Source: Trichosphaerium sp. ATCC 40318 (taxonomy: Eukaryota; Protista; Tubulinea). From it: DNA of 64,000 bases. This document shows positions 14,365-26,177 of this stretch, piece after piece (the first letter of the stretch is position 1; each line of letters begins with the position of its first letter). The stretch is from positions 1 through 64,000 of the forward strand of contig JALMLS010000228.1 in NCBI GenBank assembly GCA_038496445.1, in the 5' to 3' direction. Both the position numbers and the translations under genes were made by a program. The notes beneath the pieces are model-generated. The model was not told the origin of the DNA and did not search any database. It worked only from the letters and a program-made list of their open reading frames with translations.

Positions 14365-14725
14365 ACATAAATTAGTCAATCTTCAACACGGTGACAGCAT
14401 GTGCTCCCGACGTTTATTCACTCACAAATACAAATATGAGCGCCTGCAAGCGCTCCGCCAATCTAACATTATTGTCAACTATCAACGAACTTGGTCAGCT
14501 TTTACAGCTTGACTTGATCACTCTCTTCAGGGCGGCTGGGTCATAACCGCACAATTACGGTCCGCCTAGTAGGCGGCGTCCTGTCTCTTCCCGCGTCGAG
14601 AGCGGTAGGTGCAACTCCTATGTAAGACCTTGGTTGGCACAATGTATTATAACCTGCGATTGGGTCGCTTGATGCAAGGCAGACAAATAAAAGTAAAGTA
14701 AAGTAAACATAAATTAGTCAATCTT
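14365..14725 (+). mobile_element. 5'-truncated non-LTR retroposon (LINE 3' end or SINE), 323 bp, with 19-bp target-site duplication
   Basis: ACATAAATTAGTCAATCTT at both 14365-14383 and 14707-14725. The insert has an ORF tail ending TAA at 14546, GC-rich hairpins, AATAAA and an (AAGTA)3 tail. Confidence 0.82.
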
Positions 14726-14947
14726 AACATAAAATCTTCGATTACCTTGTATGTTTCCGTGTTACTTTGCAAATATAAGTGTAACGTTAGAACAATTCTG
14801 CACATGCTCAGGTTTCAGTTCCAGTTTTTCTTGCTTAGCAGAACATATTGTTAGCAAGCTGTATGTACAAAAGCCTAAAACATATTACAGGCAAAAACAG
14901 CAAGCTTGTTTAATATTCTCTATTAAAAAACCGTTTAATTATACAAA

Positions 14948-15373
14948 ATGAGGAACGTAACAAGCAATGACAAGCAATTTGCTGTAGAATCTGATGATTA
15001 CCATTTATTACACCTTCCTGTTGAGATTCTGCTTGATATCATCGATTTTGACACATCAGTGTATTTAATATGGCCGCTTCTTTCAAAACACTGTGCTGTG
15101 ACCACAAGGTTTGATGCTGACATGGAAAAACATGGAAAATGGCAAATACGAAGCAAATCCAACAATGTAAAAGGCCAATGTAAAAAGCAATCAAATTATG
15201 TGAATGGTGAACTTGAAGGAGAGTACAAGAGTTGGCATACCAACGGCCAATTGTATCAGCAATGCAATTATCTGAATGGTGAACGAGAAGGTGAATTCAA
15301 GTGTTGGCACAAAAGTGGCCAATTAATACAGCAATTCAAATATGTGAATGGCAAACGGTTAGCACGAAAATGA
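14948..15373 (+). CDS. Intronless F-box-like + MORN-variant (YwqK-type) repeat protein, apparently truncated
   Basis: LLHLPVEILLDII (F-box-like); repeats NYVNGELEGEYKSWHTNGQL / NYLNGEREGEFKCWHKSGQL. Degenerate repeat-like sequence continues past the stop to ~15490. Confidence 0.75.
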   Translation: MRNVTSNDKQFAVESDDYHLLHLPVEILLDIIDFDTSVYLIWPLLSKHCAVTTRFDADMEKHGKWQIRSKSNNVKGQCKKQSNYVNGELEGEYKSWHTNGQLYQQCNYLNGEREGEFKCWHKSGQLIQQFKYVNGKRLARK

Positions 15374-15807
15374 CCAACTTAAAAGAGCAATGTGATTATG
15401 CAAATGTTAAACAAGTTGTGTGATAGTGGCAAATTAAAATAGCAGTGGCATGTGAGACTAAACAAGACTGAGAGTACTAGTTGGCATGCCTAGCACTTGT
15501 TAATCATGTCTAGAAAACAGTGGATGTTCTGTAAAGTTGTTTGTCATGTGATATCAAACAAACCTGTTTAATTCTATTTTAAAGCCGTTTGATAAAGCTG
15601 TAAGGTTTATTGTGCCAGTTGTACATTTATATTGGACTATCAATAAGCTACATGAAGAGTTTATTTTAATACAGTACTATGTGGTTTCTCGAGAAATTGA
15701 ACATTACGGTATTGGGTTTGTAATCCACTAACACTTTTCAAACAGACTGTCTTTACAGTAACATTCCATGCAAACCGTTTGCCTACAATATTAGTGATGT
15801 TTGTTCA

Positions 15808-16740
15808 TCAAAAATACCTAAACTCAAACTCTTGCATCTCATCAATCACTTGGCAATGAAGTTTGTTGTCTTTGATAAAAAAGTACCCACTTGGGCTAGC
15901 AGTGAATGTATCAAGTAATGATACTAGTTCATCTGATCTTATATCTATACACATAGTATCTTTAATACCCTGTAATACGTCTCTTACTTTATTCCAGTCA
16001 TTCCAACCTTTGCCTTCACGTTCAAAAGAGAAACTAATAAAGTGCTTTGAATCATATTCACCAATTTGCTCCTTGCATTCAATATCAACAGAATAGTGTA
16101 CCAACAGTTCAGTATGTCCCTGACCACCATCATCGTCATAGGCATTTGTTTCAAAATCTTTACCTTCAATTATATGACATACTGCTAGGTTTTCTTTGCC
16201 ATAGAATGCATATTCTACCCTGTCTTCCTGGTAACCGCGGTAATCAACATCTGGGAACTCATCACCTGCAGGGTAACGTTCTGAGGCTCTATCAGTTCCC
16301 ACTTGAAGTAAATATTTGTTAGTCTCAGCGCCGTATTTGACATTGTAAAAAGTCTTCTGACTGGTTCTGGCTATAAAGTATTCTTTCAATACTTTACAGT
16401 TCGCTGTGGAAGATTCCAAGTTCATATTCCATTTTAACCTCAATGCGTCCTTCCAAAGCATTGCTGAATATGTAAACTCGTACCATTGCTTGCAAACTGT
16501 CAAGAGAGGTCCAACGTTTCTGAGTTTAGCGTAGCAAGCACTTAGTACGCAAAGCCATACGTCTGGTATGATTTTGTCTTTGTTTACTCTAATTGCGTTT
16601 TTTTTTAATTCAATAGCCTTAATAATATCGGGTAGGTTCCCTCCCATCTCTGCAAACTCGTATAATACTTTTTTAGCATCAATGTACTCTTTTTTTCTCT
16701 CAGGTTGAAGCCTTCGTTCAAAGACACGCATATTAGCCAT
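15808..16740 (-). CDS. Intronless 310-aa F-box-like protein
   Basis: IPDVWLCVLS...LLTVCKQWYEFTYSAMLWK matches the F-box pattern; the rest is unrecognised. Confidence 0.65.
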   Translation of the reverse strand: MANMRVFERRLQPERKKEYIDAKKVLYEFAEMGGNLPDIIKAIELKKNAIRVNKDKIIPDVWLCVLSACYAKLRNVGPLLTVCKQWYEFTYSAMLWKDALRLKWNMNLESSTANCKVLKEYFIARTSQKTFYNVKYGAETNKYLLQVGTDRASERYPAGDEFPDVDYRGYQEDRVEYAFYGKENLAVCHIIEGKDFETNAYDDDGGQGHTELLVHYSVDIECKEQIGEYDSKHFISFSFEREGKGWNDWNKVRDVLQGIKDTMCIDIRSDELVSLLDTFTASPSGYFFIKDNKLHCQVIDEMQEFEFRYF

Positions 16741-16889
16741 TACAATTGTTGTATAAACCGTTGGCGAATAGTGTAGGTTGCTTACAAAGAAAGGAACGTT
16801 GACGTTGCATGCAAACTTACTTAATAGTTCTGTGAACTTAAGTCACAAGTTGACATTTTTGTGTTTTTTTGCTTTAGTGGATAAACGAG

Positions 16890-19776
16890 ATGCCAGAACT
16901 TCCAGAAATAAACAGATATGAGCGTGTTACAAACAATTTTAGTAGAGGGAAGGTGTTTACGCGTATGACGCGCGAAAACCATACAAAGTACCCTGAGATA
17001 AAGAATTTGCCTGAGTACGTTGTTTTTATGTAAATGCGTTTAGCGCACTTCTTCGAATATTTACAAAGCGCGCAGTCGGTTTTCTATCGAAGCGCAAGCG
17101 CGAGGAAAGGAGTTTATGCTAAGATTAAATCCGTTACGTGGTGGTAGTGGCGTTATCCGTTTATTGTACACTTTCGGCTTAGTACGTACCCAAAATGCGT
17201 TAGCACGCTAACACAGAGTAGGTCGGTAAAATAATGTGCGGTCCAACGTCTGATCCACCAAAATACCAACGCATGGCCTTTCACACAGATGACGGACACA
17301 CAGTGAGGTACCTAACGACTTGACACGGAAAACTTTGCAACAAAATGTTTAAACCGACAGCTTACGTAATTCTTCTTTATAGCTTCACAGACGCCCAAAA
17401 AATGGGTAGATGTAAAGAAGGCGTTGGCTTTACGCTAAAAGATCGTGGTCCAGACCCAATAAAGGAGTTTGATGACTTCTACAGTAACGTTTATAACAAA
17501 AGGACTGCTGCACTATTTAAAAAGGATATTTCTGTTCTGATGCTTGATCAGCGATACTTTAATGGTGAGTTTATAAAGTGGAAACATCAATACTGGACCA
17601 ACAACTTTTTTCTGGCTTTGTTTTCAGGATTTTTTTTATTTTGAAGAATGCTTGTTTTGACTGTCTGTTGTAGGTGTTGGAAACTATCTTCGTGCTGAAA
17701 TACTATACAGAGCTGGTATATCACCGTTTAAAACAGGCGCTGAGCTATTTGCAAACCTACCATCTGATCCAAGAGAACGTCCAATCACAGCTACAACAGA
17801 CAGAGGTTTACTATTATTGCACATGTGTTATACTGTACCTAAGATGGTTATTGATATGGGTAATACAACTACTTACAACTCTTTTATTTAAAAAACCCAA
17901 CACGTGACAATCACGTGACACCTTTGTCCAAAAAAACAATCCAAGTTGGAGATTTTTTCTTCCTTTCTAAAAACTGACTTTTTGGTGTTTTTTGTAGACT
18001 TGAATAAGTATGGAGATGCCGCTGATAAACGTAAATTTGAAGAGTGGCTTCTTGTTTATAATAAAGGAGAAAAAACAAAAGATAAATCAGGAAGACCAAT
18101 ACATTACATTAAAGGCCACACAAAAGTTTTTGAACCTTGCGTTAGCATGGCTCCACGATCATCAGAAGAAGATGTTGATGAACATGAACACAATGTATGC
18201 TATCTTATACGATCAAACCTAAATCTAACACGTCTTCTCTCCTCTAGGCTAATGGCTATGCAAGTCAGGAAGAACGTTCGCAACATGATCATTTTGAACA
18301 ACTTACAAGAACAAATGTTGCTGATGAACCTCTTGTTCTTCCACAGAGTTCTTCAAACCTTAGTTCTTGGCCACCACAATCAACAAGGCTTGTTCGTCAT
18401 GATACTTTATCTATTATTAAACAAGATAACTTTGATCCTCTATCAAAGCTTCTCGCTTTGTTTTCTGTGCTTCACAAACAAGGTCTCTTATCGAATAACG
18501 AGAAGGACAAGCTAAAAGAGCTTGCTCTACGTGATTACGAACATGTATACAACGCTTTGAGGGTACTAGAGTCACAACAAGATGAAGATGACTTTGTGGA
18601 CACTCTACAAAGAATAGTAAAGATGTCACCTGACGTAGTACGTCCAGCACTTATCCCTTCAACTTTTTAGGCCATTATTTCAACCTCCTTCTTTCTCTCC
18701 TTTGTTTTACTGTGTATCACTCTTCTGACTTGGATTATAGGACGCTATCAACTATGTAAATGAAGGTGTGACAACAGCTTCTCATCAGCAACAAGCAAAC
18801 ACTCTCTCAACGGCCACCAAACGTAAGCGATTGAATACCTCTCAAACAAACGTCAGAGCCAAGAAATCTGGGCTCTTGGATGATAATCTATCTGATCCTG
18901 GATGGCGTAATGCCCTCGAATCAGAGATTTCAAAGCCTTATTGGAAGGATTTAAGCAAATATGTCTCTGAAGAAAGAAAAAAGTTTAAAGTCTTTCCACC
19001 AACTGAACAAGTCTTTAACGCTTATAATCTTTGTCCTATCGATGATATAAAGGTGGTAATGCTAGGACAAGATCCTTACTTCAGACCAGGCCAAGCTATG
19101 GGTACGTCACGTCGTTTGACGCGTTTTACAACAATATTTCTCTTGATCCGCTTAAAGACATTCAAATCACTTAAGACTTACTCTAAACGTTTTTCGTATA
19201 GGTCTATGCTTCTCTGTGACTAAAGAGACAAAAGTTCCTCCATCACTAAAGAATATCTACAAGTATGATTTTTTTTCGATTTTTCCTTTTTTGATTTGAC
19301 TTCCCACTCACTTTTTTGTCTTTTAGAGAGCTCGCTGGTACTGTACCAGGGTTTAAGACACCTTCACATGGCGACTTGAGTGCTTGGTGTCGTCAAGGCG
19401 TGTTTATGCTTAATGCTGTGCTAACTGTGCGCAATGGTAAGCCTTTTACACATAAGAAGCAAGGTTGGGAGAACTTCACAGATGCTACAATCAGAGTTAT
19501 AAATGAGCGTTGCTCTGGCGTTGTTTTCTTCCTATGGGGTTCTGCTGCACAGAAAAAAGCTTCTTTCATAGACGGATCTAAACATCATATCTTGAAAGGC
19601 ACGTGTTTTTTGCAATAGACTTGTTGGATTTTTTTTACTTTTTTTTGACTTGTTTTGTAGCTCCTCATCCCTCACCTATGAGTGCACGTCATGGATTCTT
19701 TAATTGTGGTCATTTTGTGCAAGCCAATAAGTTGCTTTCAGGACAAGGAAAGACTCCAATCGACTGGAATTTGTAG
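16890..19776 (+). CDS. NEIL1-like Fpg/Nei DNA glycosylase fused through a helical linker to a family-1 uracil-DNA glycosylase (UNG)
   Basis: N-terminal [25 protein letters not shown]|[12 protein letters not shown] (H2TH), zincless finger DKSGRPIHY. Phase-0 introns 18195-18247 and 18638-18740 join in frame to the UNG domain: [47 protein letters not shown]. Confidence 0.85.
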
Positions 19777-20032
19777 TGGATTGATTATAATAAATATTAT
19801 CTACCTTTGATTTCAAATTATATTTGGAGCACAGTCCTATGTAATCGTCCTTTATCCTTATCCCTAAATTAACAAGAACGTGGGAATCTAACATGTTCAT
19901 ATAAAGTTAATATACTCATGGATTACTATCTAAACGCTTTTATTAGTTATCTGGAAAACCAAACAATAACATTTGTTGACTTGATCTGATAACCACGTGC
20001 TTAATAGTCGTATGAGATCTGCTATTGTAAAC

Positions 20033-20503
20033 TTACAACAGGCCAAGTCTTTTTGCTATTTGTGCTTGTATTTTACACTCACGCTTGTGTTGTTTCTTCC
20101 AATCTTTTAATTGACAAGGTTTACTACAATAGTAAACACGTTTACACCCACCACACCTCGCCCACTTTTGCCCATTTTTTCTCTTCTTACAAGCACGACA
20201 TTCAACGGAGTTAAGGTATAACAAGTCTGCGTCTCGTAAACCCTTTGGAGGACCATTTTCGCATGCTTTGCACTCCCTACGGATGCCTTTGGCCAATTCT
20301 TTGGCGCTAAATTCGGTTTTATTGAAGAAATCTAAGCATTCAGCGCATAGGAGCTTTCCAATCTCTTTTCCAATACAATCAAGGCAAACCACGCCATTGT
20401 ATCTTTCTAGTAGATCTGCTGCCCTGTGATTTTCTACAGTGCAGTATGCGTAACTGGGTTGTTCTTTAAAGCATTTATGGCATGGTAGCTTTATTGTGTC
20501 CAT
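20033..20503 (-). CDS. Intronless zf-MYND protein with additional CxxC zinc-binding motifs
   Basis: CRAC...CGGCKRVYYCSKPCQLKDWKKQHKREC is a canonical MYND finger. Confidence 0.85.
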   Translation of the reverse strand: MDTIKLPCHKCFKEQPSYAYCTVENHRAADLLERYNGVVCLDCIGKEIGKLLCAECLDFFNKTEFSAKELAKGIRRECKACENGPPKGLRDADLLYLNSVECRACKKRKNGQKWARCGGCKRVYYCSKPCQLKDWKKQHKRECKIQAQIAKRLGLL

Positions 20504-20683
20504 TTTAATACAGACAAAACTTAACCAACTGTTAAGTCACTAACACTCGCACCATTTATGTACAAATGCTGTCACAATGTAGCTATGCATGAATTGAAAC
20601 AGCTCAAAATATTAGGATCGTTAAAAATGAGATATTTAACAGGTATTTACATCATATTGACAAGAAGCCGTCACATGTTTTGT

Positions 20684-23365
20684 TTATCTTCTAAAAGTAA
20701 AACTATGGCTTCTTACTATCTTCTTTTGACACATCTTAAATAGTCCATATCCTAATATTACTTTTAATCGAGAATAAGCGACACCTTGTTGCCACAAACA
20801 ATAAAAGTATGGAGTGAAAAAAAACATTAAAAAACACATACCTAGTGTTATAATAATGACGCTCAAACAAAAGTTTGAGAGCCATATTTGCCATTCCTTT
20901 ATACCTTCCAATTTCATTTTTAACTCTTCATATTGTTCTTTTTCTAAGTAGCATAAGTATGGCAGGTCAAAGCAATTAAGTGCAATACGTTTTTGAAGTT
21001 GTAAAAGACGAGGGAAACGTCGTGTATCTCTTTCTATTTCTATTTCTTTTCGCTTTCTTTTCTCCGCTATCCACCACACATACTTTTGTAAAACCTCATT
21101 GAATCTATAGACTCTTTCAAGCCTATGTTTAAACGTAGCCCTTTTTGGAAATCGCTAACACAAAGTTTGTAAGTGAAGAACAAGAAAAAAGAAACAAACA
21201 GAATGCATTCTTGGTTTCGTACACTTCCTTGCTTGTTACACCATCCTTTACCCATCCCAGTAGAATCAAGATGTGTTATAAAGTGTTTTGGCATCATTTT
21301 AATTCCGTAACCTGCACGTGACATTTCTTCAAAATGGACAATCTTATCGCCACCACAACCAATCATAATCTCGTCGAACCTAAATCCTTATGGTTATTTC
21401 AACACTAACATTACGTGATAACGGACGCTATTTAGTTCAAAGTGAAGAGTTATAGACAATGAATTAAACGTACAAGGGATAGTCACGCGATCCAAGATAG
21501 TAAGGCTCCCACATACCTGCACCACGAGCTTTGAGAGTCGAAAACGTATTTCCATCTTTAGACAACCACTTGTCTAAATTTTAGTTTAGTGCTGAGCAAA
21601 CATACTTGTGATGATGTATACCATAAGGAGTCACTCTATGGGACTGAAACAAAATATTCAAGGGTATAATATCTACGTGAATAGTCACACAACGAACATC
21701 TTTAGTATTTTTTTATAGCATACCTTCTTTATTTCTTCGCTTCTTCGATATCTTCCCTATGAGCTCTTCTTTGTTCTTAGGGAATTCTCGTAGGTCATAT
21801 TTTGGTGATGCTATTTGCTTATTCCATGTGAGAAAAGCTGCAATGACAATAATTTGATTTTTATCTTTCTTGAGCAATTTTCTATTAGAACTTTAGCTTA
21901 TGCCATTTTTTAGTGTCACGTGCATTGATTCGTGGTATTCTGGAGAATTATAAAATTCAATGTTAGGAATAAAATCGGCTTCAATATAGAACACGTGTTC
22001 AGTCCTTGCATAACGAAGAGGAACGTTTCTTAGAATATTAACAGGAAAATTAACATCTCTTGTTGCTATGCTCACAATCTAATGATCATTAGTGGATATA
22101 CATCTGCAAACTACTATATAAGGTACGTTATCCTCTAATACTAAGTGTATATCCATGTGGTCACGCATTGACTCAGATTCCATCCAAGCATTAATAAGCA
22201 GAGGTATTTCAACATCTGCATTTTTAATAAAAATCGCAACAGAAATAGGTCCTGTACAAAAACCCAGTTAGATGAGGTATTCAGTATAAAATCTTAAGTA
22301 CCTGCATACATATCAGCTATTTGACGTATCCTTAGCATCCTATCAATCGTTGCCATTGACAATACAGTTATTTCTGATGCATTCTACCAACTTGTTAAAC
22401 TTGACACAGATCATATCAAAATCCGTACAGGTGTTCTTTTTGAAGTGAGGAAGAAGGGATAAATTGGTTTCCATAATCGCCTCGGGTATTTAGCTATTTG
22501 TGTTTCAAGTTTCCCTTGCTTAAGTTCGCTAACAAGACCAATACAAGATCCGGAATCCTCACCTTTCAAAAAGAGTTAGCCAATGTACTTAAAGTAATGA
22601 CATGTACTGTATGCTACAGTACCTATTTTAGCGTCTGCATTGTTACTTTCGTAAAACGCGCAAATCTCTATTGGCGTGTTACGAATACTTGTATTGATGC
22701 GAATAAATTTAATTGGTTTGTGTTGAGGAATGACAAAAATGTGACCCTTCCTGAATGTTACATCTTGATCAATACTCCACGAGTCGCCCCAATACGCTAT
22801 ATCAATAACACCGCCATTGTTCCTTTCTGATTTTGATCGGATAATGATTGTGCAAGGAGGATTATCCAAAAACAAATGTTAGACATTAAAAAAAGTGGCA
22901 AAAAAAAACATAACGTTAGTAACAGTGCATCACATTACACGTTGATTTTGCGACAATGTTGAATTACTTTTAGCGATCTTCTTCTAGCCATTTAAGGCAG
23001 TTGTAGCCTTGCACGTGTTGAAAGGGAAAATTTTGAAATTCGTCTTACCAGGTGGAAAGTCGAGCCATGTGTTTTGACGTAGAGATACAGCTGTTGCACG
23101 TGATAAATCCAGAGAGGATACAAATTTTTTTGCTTCATCGTCTTTGGGTATTTCAAGTTGCGGATACCATCTAATACAGCGTATTAAGCGAGAAAATGAG
23201 CCAAAACTGTTATCGGCCACGTGGTATGTTTAAAAACGCTCAAAAATAAGAAATCAACCAACTGACGCACCCCTCTTGTCTTGGAAACCAACCAGAGCAA
23301 ACGCAATAATTTGTGTGATAAATTACAATAAGAATCGCTAACAAGTAACGAAATGGCCGTAGCAT
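20684..23365 (-). CDS. GT49 (LARGE/B4GAT1-like) glycosyltransferase with N-terminal extra domain and C-terminal hydrophobic segment, multi-intron
   Basis: ITVLSMATIDRM, GPISVAIF, FPVNILRNV, VFYIEADFIP, WEPYY, FDE..IGCGGDKIVH, FITH. Start tentatively MLRPFRYLLAILIVIYH at 23365. Confidence 0.8.
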
Positions 23366-23774
23366 TGTAGAAGGTAATATTATGATTGATTCATTGTCAG
23401 GTTAAACAAAAGAAAAGACGGGAAAGGAAAAAAATAGTCAAACAAAAGCGAGACAAAAAATAAATTATGTTTAAAGATTGTTTACAATGAAAAGTATCAC
23501 GTGCACAATGGTTTTAATTGTAATGATATGTGTCCAGGTTTTTGTCAGGAACGAACTACAGCCATTTTTTGCGAATTGTACAAAAATAAAGAGTCTTTCA
23601 AATTGGGACTTTTTTCGAAGCCTGGCATCGTACTACTTACCCTCCTTAGACTCAAGTGATATCCTACTTTCAGGAGTTTTTACGGGAGTACTTAACTCAT
23701 TGCAAAGTAACAAGGTACCTTAAAAAACAGTTTATTGCGAAATAGAAAATTTACATGGTTTTTTTTGATATCTG

Positions 23775-25674
23775 TCAAATTCGTCTTCCACAAAGTCTGT
23801 CTGGGTTAACTACACTATCGAAATAATCTCCAAATAACATCACCAACACAGCATTATCGGCATTATTAATATTATCCCTTTCAATCTCAACTGCAACCTT
23901 AAAGTTCAACACAATAAGAACAAAATAGACTGATAACCTATAGGACGTACAGCTGTTGTACTACTCATTGATCCATACGTGATAGCGGGTTGCTCAGGAT
24001 CAAATCCTGAGTATAGTATGTAAGTCACAAGAAAGTATAGAATGTGATTGTACTGACAAAGATAAATAACTAACCTTGTATTGGTAGTTGTACAAGCTTA
24101 ACTGTGTTAGTATCAGATCTATAGCTAGTGATATACAACAGTTGTTCCTCTCTTATTCCATCTGCCGAAATACCAATAAAAGTGCCACTTGCATTGGGAA
24201 TAAAATCCATACCAATAGCAACGTCATCAGGATCTATGGACCGAGATAATGTTTCAACATTATCAATAGGAGTTAGAGTTAACTTTGCATTAATTGTTCG
24301 CAAATAGAATTGAGTTTGCGAAGACAAAAATCCCTTTTTTGCACTTTCCCCAAAAGACATGATACCAATCAGGCGCGATACAGGGTGATATGTTGCTGTT
24401 AACCCGTTTGAGAGTTGTGTGGTAGTATCAACTATAAAAGAGCCCTGTTGAAGAAAATCAGCGCTTGAAGTTGAAACATAACAGCACATACAGCAGGACT
24501 ATCATTTGTGTCTACAATCCAATGCATTAAAGATAGGGTGCCTGAGAAAACGATATCAAAGCAATTACAAAATTCTCCGCCATAGACAACATCATACATA
24601 CCGCTGGCTATTGCTAAAAAACATGTTATTGAGTTTTCTAAATAGATTCTCATTTTGTACGGATTTCAGCATCGCTTGTAGTAATTGTCTTAGTAGAGTC
24701 AATGATTGAGTACAAATTGTTGCCATCTGATCTATAAGTAACCATATATTTGTTATCAACTGAATAGAATGTTAAAAGGTTGACGAAAAAAAAAAAAACC
24801 TAACAAAAAGTACCTGGATTATGAGCTATCTTTGGAAGAAGTTGTATAAGGTTTTGTTGAGTATAAAGAACAGTTCTTTCTCCCATTATTAATCCCTATT
24901 AGACACTAAATTAGTAAACATGGATAAGATATTGTTAACACGCACTCCATTTTCTAAATCTTCAGTAAGAAAATGCAAAAAAACTAATCCTTGGCCTGCA
25001 AAGGTTTCCCCAACAATAGCAAATTCATCATTCCCAACAGCAATATTTGCGTGATTACCGTTCCTAATTCTGTAGTACGAAAAATCACCTCTTGCAAGTC
25101 CTAAGTTTCAGTAAGATAACCACAATTGTAAGATAAAAAAAAAACCACTTCTATCTAGATACCTTCTTTAGTGAATACAACGACAATCAAGTCTTCGACT
25201 GTTGAGGAAGAATCCAAATACTCAAAAGCAAGAACAAAATATTCCTTTAAATAAATGAGAAAAAGAGGTTTTAGACCAATCCAAAAGGCCAAAATCACGT
25301 GTGCACACGCGATTTTTATTGTACGACTATTGAAAAAAAAAAAAAAAACCCCTAACAACGTACCACGCCGTTTATCACTCCAGAAGCCAGCACTGGTTTT
25401 TCTCGGTCACCTGTTACAGCATCTAACTCTGGTATGAGTTCTGTGATTCGAAATGGTTTAAAGACATCTGTTAACGTGTTAGATGGTACAAAACTGTTCA
25501 ACTAGACTATGTTTCTTAATTACCCACACAATCGCCATCAACTTCAATTTTTCGTGGCTGAGTGCTTGTTTGTCCTCTTTTAAAGTGAGATTCGCGATCT
25601 ATATGTGCTTGAGAGATCAAGACAAATAGGGACAGCAATGCAATTATGGTTGTATGAGAACTATGTGTAGTCAT
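23775..25674 (-). CDS. Uncharacterised secreted multi-intron protein
   Basis: ATG 25674 MTTHSSHTTIIALLSLFVLISQA (signal peptide). First exons splice in frame (..VLASGVINGV|EYFVLAFEY..); includes ORF 24070-24489. Confidence 0.55.
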
Positions 25675-26177
25675 TTATTGTTGTTCTCTGGGTTCTGTAT
25701 GGATTTTAAGGACAAATTCTCTATAAGGCGCGAACCATCACGGAACAAGAGATCCATGTGGTGTATCGAGTAACGCATTTATTCTCCTATTTCGCTACTA
25801 ACATTTATAGCCTTACAGGTGCCTGGGACGGCTAAGATCGCATTTTCGCGAAGGTATTCATTGAGACTAGCATTCACAGAAAAACAAAATAATTACACAC
25901 GGGCACGAGGTATCTCGAGTACTTTTAAAGGAAATTTTTGTCTCAGCATCCCATTTTACCAACGAACCACAAGCACTTATCAAGGTTTATTGCAACCTTG
26001 TTTGACATTAAAAATCCATTTTGAAAATATTACCCCACAATGGACTACGGAAAACAAATCTTATGTTTTCAGTCCTCACAATCTATTCTCAGGGTAACGA
26101 TACCGACGACAGATGGGCTGCGATGACATAGTCAAATCTTCAAGAAGACAGCCAAAACAAACTTGAATTGCCAGCTA

